Below, one piece after another: positions 36,321 through 49,389 of a DNA stretch of 54,059 nt. The DNA lies in assembly GCA_964527795.1 (NCBI GenBank), contig CAZGOS010000002.1, positions 1 to 54,059 of the forward strand, in the 5' to 3' direction. The position numbers and the translations under genes are program-made. Source of the stretch: an uncultured Rhodothermales bacterium (GTDB lineage: Bacteria; Bacteroidota; Rhodothermia; Rhodothermales; UBA10348). The stretch's first letter is position 1; the number at the start of each line of letters is the position of its first letter. The notes under the pieces are model-generated. The model searched no databases and was not told the DNA's origin. It worked only from the letters and a program-made list of their open reading frames with translations.

Positions 36321-38390
36321 CTATCGGCATTGCAGAAGGACCTCTCTCGTAATCGGAGCACCTGCGCCGGGTATTTGCCTTACGATTCGGCCGTGACCCT
36401 CTATTTTGACGTTGATCCCCTTTGAGCGGAGCCAGAAAATTGCCTCACGCACTCCCAGTCCCGTCAGATCCGGCATGATGCCTTCCTCCGATTCTGACTC
36501 GGTCGTGACGGCAAGTATTACACGCAGTCTCTCACCATCCCATGGCCCCGCTGCGGGAGTATGGGAAGCGATCGGGGCATCTTTGGGCTGATCTTTTGGA
36601 GTAGAAGCGGTCAGTCCCAGACGCTGCAACCGTCGCGCCGCTACGGAAGCCGGCAATCCCGTCACGTCTGGAATCGAAACCGGGAAATCCGGCTTCTCCT
36701 GATCTGCCGGTTCAAATTGCAGAGCCGGCGCGGGCAGCGTGCCCATCCACCGCTCGGTTGTTCTCTGGAATACTGGAGCGGAAACCGATCCTCCGTAGAT
36801 ACTGCTTTTGGGCTCATCCATAATGACGATCATGGCAACCACCGGGCGCTCTACCGGGTAGAAACCGACGAATGTCGCTCTGTAGGCCCCGTCCTGGTAC
36901 CGACCGTCTCGCGTTTTTTTGGCCGTTCCGGTTTTCCCCGCTATTCGCAAGCATTCAACACCGGCGTTTTCTGCCGTGCCCGAATTAACCACATCCTCGA
37001 ATGCCGGTAGAAGCAGTTCAGCGGTCTCGCGGCTGAATGCCCGTCGTATCGAATCCTGCGGAGCCCGCCAGGTCGTGCGATCCATCACGTCTCGGCGCTC
37101 CAGAACGATATGGGGTCGAACGAGCAATCCGCCGTTAGCGAGCGCACTGTATGCGCTGAGCAGCTGAAGCGGCGTCGCCTCGATTTCGTATCCGCGACTC
37201 ATCGCCGAGAGAGTCGTTCCGGACCAAGCAGAGGGTTTTTTGAGTCGGCCGCCAACTTCTCCAGGAAGGTCGATCCCGGTGATTTGTCCGAATCCGAGAT
37301 TTCGTGCATACTGATAGAACGCACCAGGATCCAGATTCTCGGTAACCAGCGCGAAGCCGACATTGCTGGAAAGCGCGATAACGTCGGAGAATGTGATGGT
37401 TCCATGCGGGTGTGTATCCCGCACGGTTTTCCCGTATCGAACAATCCATCCCGGATCGGTGTCGATGCTGTCTTGCATAGCAACAACTCCGGTCTCAATG
37501 GATGCCGCCGCCGCAACCAGTTTGAACGTGGAGCCGGGCTCTATCCGGTCCGTAATAGCGTGGTTTCGTCGATTGAACGATCGGAACGCTCCCGGTCTGT
37601 TCGAATCATACGTCGGCACGTTGGCCATCGCCAGAATCTCACCCGTGAACGGGTTCATTGCAATCGCAGTACCCCATTTGGCGCCTGCGTCCGCCACTCC
37701 ACGTGCCAGCTCTTCTTCCAGTATGGTCTGGCGGACGAGATCGATCGTAAGAACGACACTTTCCCCGTGGTGTGGCTCTGTGACGGCTCCTCCGGCAATG
37801 AGCCTTCTTTCACCTCTCATGTCCCGGCGCGCCGCCCTTCGCCCGTCGACCCCACGCAGATACGCGTCGTATTCTTTTTCAATTCCTGCAAGTCCTTGCT
37901 GATCGGCGTCGACGTGCCCAAGAATATGGGATGCCGTCTGTCCATAGTTATAGAGGCGCGCAAACCGAGATTCGAGACGCAATCCGGGTATTTCGCCCGC
38001 TATTTTTATATCTGCCGGCGATAAACGAATGTTTCGAGACAATAGCACATACTCGGGGCTCGTCCTGGAGCGAACAATTCGCCTGACTTCCGAAAGGCTC
38101 TTGCCTGTTATCCTGGATAATCTTTCAAGGAACGTTATTTCTTTTGAAGCAAAGCCGTCGGCTGTCGGATCAAGAGCCAGATCATAGCGCTCTATGTCTA
38201 CTGCCAACGCGCGACCGTTTCTGTCGAGAATGGCTCCCCTCAGAGCTGGAATCTTGATGTAGGTACTGGACTGTGTAACGCCGCGTTCACGCAGTTCTGC
38301 TCTTTCCACAAGACCGAGTCGCAGGACCTGCCCTGCTACGAGGAATGGCAGGATGCCGAGCAGCGTCAGCATCACGTACATGCGAGCCAA
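36321..38390 (-). CDS. ftsI: division-specific class B penicillin-binding protein (FtsI/PBP3) with C-terminal PASTA repeats
   Basis: N-terminal TM segment, a PBP dimerisation domain and a transpeptidase domain (EPGSTFK, ...SSN..., ...KTGTA...). The last roughly 119 aa contain IPDVTGLPASVAARRLQRLGL... and MPDLTGLGVREAIFWLRSKGINVKIEGHGRIVRQIPGAGAPI (PASTA pattern). Track start is TTG at 38390; an ATG lies at 38381. Confidence 0.85.
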   Translation of the reverse strand: MARMYVMLTLLGILPFLVAGQVLRLGLVERAELRERGVTQSSTYIKIPALRGAILDRNGRALAVDIERYDLALDPTADGFASKEITFLERLSRITGKSLSEVRRIVRSRTSPEYVLLSRNIRLSPADIKIAGEIPGLRLESRFARLYNYGQTASHILGHVDADQQGLAGIEKEYDAYLRGVDGRRAARRDMRGERRLIAGGAVTEPHHGESVVLTIDLVRQTILEEELARGVADAGAKWGTAIAMNPFTGEILAMANVPTYDSNRPGAFRSFNRRNHAITDRIEPGSTFKLVAAAASIETGVVAMQDSIDTDPGWIVRYGKTVRDTHPHGTITFSDVIALSSNVGFALVTENLDPGAFYQYARNLGFGQITGIDLPGEVGGRLKKPSAWSGTTLSAMSRGYEIEATPLQLLSAYSALANGGLLVRPHIVLERRDVMDRTTWRAPQDSIRRAFSRETAELLLPAFEDVVNSGTAENAGVECLRIAGKTGTAKKTRDGRYQDGAYRATFVGFYPVERPVVAMIVIMDEPKSSIYGGSVSAPVFQRTTERWMGTLPAPALQFEPADQEKPDFPVSIPDVTGLPASVAARRLQRLGLTASTPKDQPKDAPIASHTPAAGPWDGERLRVILAVTTESESEEGIMPDLTGLGVREAIFWLRSKGINVKIEGHGRIVRQIPGAGAPITREVLLQCR

Positions 38391-38437
38391 TATTTGATCC
38401 TTCGCGTCCAGTGGGAGACCGTGTTAGTGTGGTGGGT

Positions 38438-38974
38438 TTACTCGCCGGATATTCGAACCGGCGGGCCGGATAGCATTTTCTCTTCCAGTCCGAGAGCGTG
38501 TGCTCTTTTATAGACAACGGCAGGTCCGGTAGCAGTGTCGTAAATACCCTTCGTACGATTGTATTGAAGACGAAGGGACAGGTTTTCACGGCGCTCCTTT
38601 TGCACCTCTGAAAGCAGATCCTGTGTTGAATACACATGACCCACATAAAGCGTAAAAATGCCGGCTATCGCCAGTACGACGAGTGTAAATCGGAGCGTCG
38701 AGACGGCGCCAAGGAGAGTTCGACTTTCCGAATGCGACTCCAGATGATGGTTTTCCGCCTTGATCAGATCCGTCCATTCCGGCACGTCGCCGCGAACGAT
38801 GACCCGGCCTCGCTGCTTCGTTTTCGAACTTTTTACGGAGGCTCTTTGAGGAGCCTTTCGTACGGATGCATTCGTAGATTTTCTTCTGGGCGACTTTACG
38901 GATGCGCTACTCTTAACAATACGAATCGATTTACGATTCGATTTATTGGCCCGTCGTGATTTTGATGCCGGCAT
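38438..38974 (-). CDS. ftsL: FtsL-like division protein with an extended polybasic N-terminal tail
   Basis: It sits between rsmH and ftsI. It has a single TM segment (LRFTLVVLAIAGIFTLYVGHVY) followed by a short coiled segment (LLSEVQKERRENLSLRLQY). ATG at 38974. Confidence 0.6.
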   Translation of the reverse strand: MPASKSRRANKSNRKSIRIVKSSASVKSPRRKSTNASVRKAPQRASVKSSKTKQRGRVIVRGDVPEWTDLIKAENHHLESHSESRTLLGAVSTLRFTLVVLAIAGIFTLYVGHVYSTQDLLSEVQKERRENLSLRLQYNRTKGIYDTATGPAVVYKRAHALGLEEKMLSGPPVRISGE

Positions 38975-39009
38975 TGTTCTCTTCAACAAAAAATTAGTCG
39001 TATTCGCCG

Positions 39010-39990
39010 TCAGGACAAACGCTCCGCTATGCGAAGCCGAGCGCTACGGGCACGTGCATTGCATTCGATTTCAGCGTCGTCCGGAAACACCGGTCGCCGC
39101 GTCAATTCCCGCCATGGAGACAGTTTCTCCCCATAAACATCGCGGTGGACAAGACCTTCGAAATTTCCCGACCGAAAAAAGCGTTTGACGCGCCGGTCTT
39201 CGAGTGAGTGGTAACTGATGACAGCGATTCGTCCGCCCGTGCGAAGAAACGATTCAGAACTCGTCAGCACATCTTCCAATGATTCCAACTCACTATTCAC
39301 GGCGATCCGTACGGCCTGAAAAATGCGGGCGAGCGCTTTTCCAGCCTGATGCCCCGGTACAGACTGTCGAACAGCACGGGCCAGGTCGGATGTTGATTCG
39401 AGCGGCCTGAGCGAAATGATCTTTCGTGCAATTCTCCTCGCTCCCGGCTGTTCACCAAACTTCCTCAGAATCGTGGTGATATCGGATTCGGACCAGGAAT
39501 TCAGAAGTGAAGCTGCGTCCTCTGTATCTTCGACATCCATCCGCATATCCAGTGGCCCTTCCAGTCGATGGCTGAATCCTCGTTCCGGTTGATCCAACTG
39601 ATGGGATGAAACACCAAGATCCAGGAGAAAACCGTCCACCTGCGTGACTCCCATGTCGCTTAACAGGCGCTCTATCTGGTCGAAATTTCCTCTTTTCGCT
39701 GAAAATCGACCTGAGCCAACTTCTTCAGACAACCGGCTCTGCGCAGCAACAATCGCGTCCTGATCCCGGTCAATTCCTACAACGCGGCCTCCGGCGTGCA
39801 ATGCCTCCAGTAAAGCAGCGGAGTGACCACCACCACCTAGCGTTCCGTCAACGTATAAACCGTCCCTGCTCGTAATGAGCCCTTTTACTACAGCGTTACA
39901 AAGAACGGGCGCGTGATATCCTGAGGCGAATCGTTGTGATTGCTCCGGGTCACCACGAGCGTCTAAATCTTCTTTTCTATCGCCGGACAT
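39010..39990 (-). CDS. rsmH: 16S rRNA (cytosine1402-N4)-methyltransferase
   Basis: YHAPVLCNAVVKGL...YVDGTLGGGGHS...GIDRDQDAI...GFLLDLGVSSHQLD...ISYHSLEDRRVK. Confidence 0.9.
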   Translation of the reverse strand: MSGDRKEDLDARGDPEQSQRFASGYHAPVLCNAVVKGLITSRDGLYVDGTLGGGGHSAALLEALHAGGRVVGIDRDQDAIVAAQSRLSEEVGSGRFSAKRGNFDQIERLLSDMGVTQVDGFLLDLGVSSHQLDQPERGFSHRLEGPLDMRMDVEDTEDAASLLNSWSESDITTILRKFGEQPGARRIARKIISLRPLESTSDLARAVRQSVPGHQAGKALARIFQAVRIAVNSELESLEDVLTSSESFLRTGGRIAVISYHSLEDRRVKRFFRSGNFEGLVHRDVYGEKLSPWRELTRRPVFPDDAEIECNARARSARLRIAERLS

Positions 39991-39991
39991 T

Positions 39992-40435
39992 TCATGACCC
40001 CATCACGCTTTCGGCAAGCGCCTCGTGGTCGTCCGGTTGATCTCCCAGGTATTTCTGGAACACGTCAGGATCCCAGATCTCGATTCGATCCATCGCTCCG
40101 ATGATCAGCGCACGATCCGCTATGTTGGCATATTCCATAAGTGGTTTGGAAAGCCCGATTCGTCCCTGTCCATCCAACGTCACGTCGTCTGCCCACATCA
40201 AAATGGTGCGAACCAGGTGACGTGCCTGTCGATCGTACTGGTTGAGAGAGGCGTATTGCTCCTCCTTCTTAAGCCATTCATCGAGCGGATACAGGTAAAT
40301 GCAGGATTCGAATCCGCGAGTCATGGTAAACGTCCCGACCGCTTCCGCGCGTAATGCCGAGCGCATTTTCGCCGGAATGGCTACCCGCCCTTTCTTGTCG
40401 ACGGAGTATTGTGCCTGTCCTTTGAAACTTCCCAT
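39992..40435 (-). CDS. mraZ: transcriptional regulator MraZ
   Basis: MGSFKGQAQYSVDKKGRVAIPAKMR... and a second ...LDGQGRIGLSKPLMEYA... (two SpoVT/AbrB-like DXXXR repeats). The ATG at 40435 gives about 147 aa; the track ORF's N-terminal extension is non-coding leader. Confidence 0.85.
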   Translation of the reverse strand: MGSFKGQAQYSVDKKGRVAIPAKMRSALRAEAVGTFTMTRGFESCIYLYPLDEWLKKEEQYASLNQYDRQARHLVRTILMWADDVTLDGQGRIGLSKPLMEYANIADRALIIGAMDRIEIWDPDVFQKYLGDQPDDHEALAESVMGS

Positions 40436-40482
40436 GATCGTGAATGCGATAACCGCGCATGCCTGTCCGTTCAATGAGTGGA

Positions 40483-40521
40483 CTGGGGAAAATCCCCACT
40501 TTTCCCCACTTTCGTCGAAAG
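40483..40521 (-). promoter_or_regulatory. candidate MraZ operator: 10-bp phased GTGGGGA direct repeats plus an inverted copy
   Basis: Minus strand reads AAAGTGGGGAAAAGTGGGGATTTTCCCCAG. The repeats lie at 40503-40509 and 40493-40499, with an inverted TGGGGA at 40484-40489, 58-74 nt upstream of the mraZ ATG. An adjacent inverted repeat CTTTCG-T-CGAAAG lies at 40509-40521. Confidence 0.45.
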
Positions 40522-40649
40522 GTACACCATTTGGCCTGAAAGTCAAGCTTTCAGCACCACCAAGACTCCCATTTTTAAGCTTTTACGCTAAATAATTGAC
40601 TGGGGCGTAGTGGAGAAAATGTTTATGTGATATTGTTGACGGACAAGAG

Positions 40650-41369
40650 GTGCACATAAATACACTTATGTTTATTATTAGTGCACATTTGTACGCATCG
40701 AAAACTTTCGTATCAGGAGCCGTGGAAAGGCAGGATTTAACGGATCGACAGCGACTCTCGTATGCATTCATCCGGGACTATCTCGATCACTACAACCGAC
40801 CCCCTACACTTCGCGAAATCAGTACGGGCGTAGGTGTTCGTTCGGCTACGAGCGCAAGAAAACTGCTCCGGGCGCTTGAACAGAAAGGATATTTGGAACT
40901 TGATGCCGGACGAGCTCGTGGCATTCGCCTTCTTCACGCCGACAGGGAGAACAGTCCGTGGGACGCGAGAACCCAAACCCTGAACCTTCTGGAGTGCGAC
41001 GCATCCGGCTCACCGGTCGGCTTCGCACGGGCTCCGAGCACCATTCAGGTCGACATGCTTTTTTTGAGGGGCATTTCCCACGCGGAATCCTGTTTCGTGG
41101 TCCGATCCGGTGATTATGGCATGGTACCGGATGGCATACTTCGTGGAGATCTGGTTATTGTTGAGCCTCTGACAGGTGAACGATTTGCACCGGGCAGCCT
41201 GGTCGTTTATCGGTCTGCCGGTGAATTTCTCGTTCGACGTTACCAGGAACACGGAGCATCGCGGGTACTCACCGCTTCCGACAGAACCTTCGCCATAGTA
41301 GATCTCGGATCTCGGGCGACGATACAGCGATTGATGGGGCGGGTAATCGGCGTCATGAGACGGCTGTAG
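40650..41369 (+). CDS. LexA-like repressor (LexA wHTH domain plus S24-like domain with a substituted catalytic dyad)
   Basis: LTDRQRLSYAFIRDYLDHYNRPPTLREISTGVGVRSATSARKLLRALEQKGYLELDAGRARGIRLL aligns residue for residue with the E. coli LexA N-domain. The C-domain ...VVRSGDYGMVPDGILRGDLVIVEP...FLVRRY... has S24 topology. The start is uncertain: GTG 40650, ATG 40668, or GTG 40722 preceded by AGGAG. Confidence 0.75.
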   Translation: MHINTLMFIISAHLYASKTFVSGAVERQDLTDRQRLSYAFIRDYLDHYNRPPTLREISTGVGVRSATSARKLLRALEQKGYLELDAGRARGIRLLHADRENSPWDARTQTLNLLECDASGSPVGFARAPSTIQVDMLFLRGISHAESCFVVRSGDYGMVPDGILRGDLVIVEPLTGERFAPGSLVVYRSAGEFLVRRYQEHGASRVLTASDRTFAIVDLGSRATIQRLMGRVIGVMRRL

Positions 41370-41406
41370 CCGGGCAGCAAATTTCCGCGCCGACGACAGG
41401 GCCTGG

Positions 41407-43248
<1,842 letters not shown>

Positions 43249-43281
43249 CTATCTGAAAATCAGTCGTTCTTGTCGGCTCGG

Positions 43282-44097
43282 TTAGTATTCGGCAGTCACA
43301 AGCAGACCGGATCCCTGCTCTATCGGTTTCTGCATATCCAGGAAATTGAGGGCCATTCCGACAGGAAAGATCAGGATGTAGTAGAATGGAAGAAGAAGAA
43401 TCATCAGCCGATGAACATCCAGAAGCAGCATCGGATATTTAACCAGCAGCCTCCAGGCGATATCACCCCATATGCCGTAGGTGTAGATCGCATCGGTGGG
43501 ATTGAGCCCGGCTGCTCGGAGTTTTCGCAGTAGATCGTGCCGATTGTACCCCTCTCGGACATGCTCGCCGATGAAACTCTGCCCTTCAGGACCAGAGACA
43601 TCGGACCCTCCGAGATCCGATGGAGTGTTGATGATGAGCACTCCATGCGGAGCAAGCACGCTTTTGAAATTCCGGAACACCCGTTCGTCTTCTTCGATGT
43701 GCTCCATTACGTCGACGCAGACGATCACATCGAAAGGTCCCCTGGCGGTCAGGTCGGTCAAATCGTCTACAGAAAACTCGACGCGATCAGAAAGGCCTTC
43801 CGTGGCAAAAAACCGGCGCGCCCGCTCCAGGTAGATGTCTTTTATATCGACGGCTTCAATGCGAAGGCCTTTATATTTCTTGGCGATGTAGTAGGAGAAT
43901 TGGCCAAAACCTGCTCCGGCATCCAGAACCCGCAGGTTTTTCCGATTCGAGTCCTGCCCGATAACCCTGTTGATCTCCCGCCGCACGTACCAGTTGCGAA
44001 GAAAGAACAGATGAAGAAGACCGTAGAAGATCCTGGTTAGCCATGGCCGGCCGGCCACCAGGTCTCCGAGCCGATTCTTGACTGGATCGTAATCCAT
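43282..44097 (-). CDS. class I SAM-dependent methyltransferase with a hydrophobic C-terminal segment
   Basis: LRVLDAGAGFGQFSYY (motif I), ...FDVIVCVDVMEHI..., then C-terminal ...LLLDVHRLMILLLPFYYILIFPVGMAL... Confidence 0.8.
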   Translation of the reverse strand: MDYDPVKNRLGDLVAGRPWLTRIFYGLLHLFFLRNWYVRREINRVIGQDSNRKNLRVLDAGAGFGQFSYYIAKKYKGLRIEAVDIKDIYLERARRFFATEGLSDRVEFSVDDLTDLTARGPFDVIVCVDVMEHIEEDERVFRNFKSVLAPHGVLIINTPSDLGGSDVSGPEGQSFIGEHVREGYNRHDLLRKLRAAGLNPTDAIYTYGIWGDIAWRLLVKYPMLLLDVHRLMILLLPFYYILIFPVGMALNFLDMQKPIEQGSGLLVTAEY

Positions 44098-44151
44098 TGC
44101 GCTGGACTCTTGAACTCCGTATTCGTTTTGATCGGTGGCTGCCCGATGCCG

Positions 44152-45300
44152 TCAGCTCCCGATTGCGTTCATTTCATCGAGCAATGCGTCAACATACCGT
44201 GCCCACGTTGAGGATTCTCGGATGCGACGCCCACACTCCTGCATTTGCGGTTTCAGGTCTTCAGAGAAAAACCGGCCGATCGCACGGCCGAGTGCCTCAG
44301 GGTTTTCGGCCGGTACAATCATACCCGCGTCTCCGACCGTTTCAGACAGTCCACCAACGTCGGTCGCAATGACGGGTGTTCCGAACTGAAAAGCCGTCTG
44401 AATCACACCGCTCTGCGTAGCTGTAATGTAGGGTTGCACCACAACGTCGGCCGCTGAAAAATAGTCGCGAACCTCGCCGGATGGGATATACCGATCGACG
44501 AGACGAACGTGATCCCCGATCCCCAGATGCGAAATCTGCTTCCGGTACCTGTCCACATCTTCGTAGAATTCTCCGGCGACCAGAAGCACTACCTCTGGAT
44601 AATTACGCACCACGCCCGGCAGGGCATCCAGAAGCACGTGCAAACCTTTATAATTCCGAACCATGCCGAAAAAGAGCAGCACTTTCCCGTGCCGTTCGAG
44701 CTCGAGCGTCGATCGGGCTGCTTCCTGACTTATGGCCTCACCAAACTGGTCATAGACGGGGTGAGGGTGGAAACGCACCCGGACATCGGGCGCCAGAGAC
44801 AACACGTCCTTCTCAACGCTTCGAGACAGGACCATCACTGAATCGCACGAGCGTAGAAACCGGCGCGTCAGAAAACGGTCACCTATATGCCGTTCGTGCG
44901 GTAGAGCGTTGTGGACTATGCCGACGACCCGAACACCATTGCGACGCAGCCTGCGGGCGATACCCGTATACGCAGGTGCGAAAAAGGGCATCCAGTACAT
45001 GAAAATTGCCGCGCGGCCGTTGCCCTTCAAAATCCGACGCGCCGCCCTGGACCACGAAAAAGGATTGATCGAGTCAATAATACATGCAGATTGAGCTTTC
45101 TCAGCCCGCTCTTCTTCGACCTGGCTACGACCAGGAAAAAATACCCGTGGATACAGTCGCGCGAAGGAAATGGCCAGTATCGAGTGACCCGCGTGCTGAA
45201 GCCCATTTGTTACACGTTCCGTGAAATGGGCGATTCCACCCCGAAACGGAGGATGCGGTCCAATCAGGACAAGGGGGCCGTCCGGACCTTTGTTAGACAT
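44152..45300 (-). CDS. family 4 (GT-B) glycosyltransferase
   Basis: N-terminal ...PPFRGGIAHFT..., and the C-terminal EX7E-type region ...VVQPYITATQSGVIQTAFQFGTPVIATDVGGLSETV... Confidence 0.8.
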   Translation of the reverse strand: MSNKGPDGPLVLIGPHPPFRGGIAHFTERVTNGLQHAGHSILAISFARLYPRVFFPGRSQVEEERAEKAQSACIIDSINPFSWSRAARRILKGNGRAAIFMYWMPFFAPAYTGIARRLRRNGVRVVGIVHNALPHERHIGDRFLTRRFLRSCDSVMVLSRSVEKDVLSLAPDVRVRFHPHPVYDQFGEAISQEAARSTLELERHGKVLLFFGMVRNYKGLHVLLDALPGVVRNYPEVVLLVAGEFYEDVDRYRKQISHLGIGDHVRLVDRYIPSGEVRDYFSAADVVVQPYITATQSGVIQTAFQFGTPVIATDVGGLSETVGDAGMIVPAENPEALGRAIGRFFSEDLKPQMQECGRRIRESSTWARYVDALLDEMNAIGS

Positions 45301-46267
45301 GAGATGAAGTCTCGACCGGTGAAGGCGTCTTAAGGACCGAAACGACGTCGTAGGCTGACGCTCTCTGCATGCGAGGAACGACGATTAACGCCCCGATGAG
45401 TCCAACCGTAAACATCTGGATACCCACAAGAATCAACAGCACCCCGAATAATAGCAGCGGACGATCTCCTATTGGTTGCCCAAAAAATATCTTTTCGACG
45501 GAGAGCCAGAGGCTGATGATAAATCCACCGATGAAAGCAGCGGTACCCATGGATCCGAAGAAATGCATCGGGCGCGCAGAAAATCGTGTGAGAAAGATGA
45601 CACTGATCAGGTCCAAAAATCCTCTCAAGTAGCGTTCCAGCCCGAATTTTGTACGGCCATATTTACGGGCGTGGTGCTCGACGACTTTCTCACCGATGCG
45701 GTCGTAGCCCTCCCATTTCACCAGGGCCGGAATGTAGCGATGCAGCTCTCCGTAGAGATGGACGTGCTCAAGGACCTCCCGGCGATAGGCTTTCAGTCCG
45801 CAGTTGAAATCGTGCAGTGGAATGCCGGTAATCGCACCCGTTACGAAGTTGAAGAAGCGACTCGGGATGATTTTTGTGATCGGATCACGCCTCTTCTTCT
45901 TCCACCCACTGACCAGATCATAACCGGACGCCAGCATTTCGATCATGCCCGGAATTTCATCGGGGTCATCCTGAAGATCCGCATCCATCGTAACCACGTA
46001 CCGGCCGGAGGCGTTTTCGAATCCAACCGCCAGCGCTGCTGACTTTCCGTAATTACGACGGAGTCTGAAGCCGGCGAACCGAGCATCGGACTCGTGAATC
46101 GATTGAATCTTGTTCCATGAATCGTCTTTCGACCCGTCGTCGACGAGAAGTACCTCGAACGTATACCCCGACTCGCCGCAGGCTGAACGTATGCGATGAG
46201 TCAGCTCGGCAATCGACTCCTGCTCATCGAAAACGGGAACAATGATCGATAAATCAGGACCAGTCAT
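45293..46267 (-). CDS. family 2 glycosyltransferase, polyprenyl-phosphate sugar synthase type (GtrB/ArnC/DPM1-like) with two C-terminal TM helices
   Basis: LSIIVPVFDEQESI...VLLVDDGSKDDS...NYGKSAAL...TMDADLQDDPDEIP...SGWKKKRRDP..., then two hydrophobic helices. The 3' end overlaps the GT4 start by 8 nt. Confidence 0.85.
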   Translation of the reverse strand: MTGPDLSIIVPVFDEQESIAELTHRIRSACGESGYTFEVLLVDDGSKDDSWNKIQSIHESDARFAGFRLRRNYGKSAALAVGFENASGRYVVTMDADLQDDPDEIPGMIEMLASGYDLVSGWKKKRRDPITKIIPSRFFNFVTGAITGIPLHDFNCGLKAYRREVLEHVHLYGELHRYIPALVKWEGYDRIGEKVVEHHARKYGRTKFGLERYLRGFLDLISVIFLTRFSARPMHFFGSMGTAAFIGGFIISLWLSVEKIFFGQPIGDRPLLLFGVLLILVGIQMFTVGLIGALIVVPRMQRASAYDVVSVLKTPSPVETSSHV

Positions 46268-46294
46268 TTATGCAACCGAATGACAATGGATCTG

Positions 46295-49181
<2,887 letters not shown>

Positions 49182-49389
49182 CGTTTTGCCGGGGAACGTT
49201 TCTCGTTGTCTTTATACTGTGTATCTGCAAGAGGTATGCCGTTTCATAAAGGCTGTCAGGTGCCTGTCGGGAGCAGTTCCTCCCGAGTGGTTGAATCAGA
49301 TTCCGGACACAGGTTGTCCCATTCCGAGAACGATTTACAATTTAACGCGCCAAAGGGCAATCAAGAAAGACTTATCCGGCTCTTACCGA

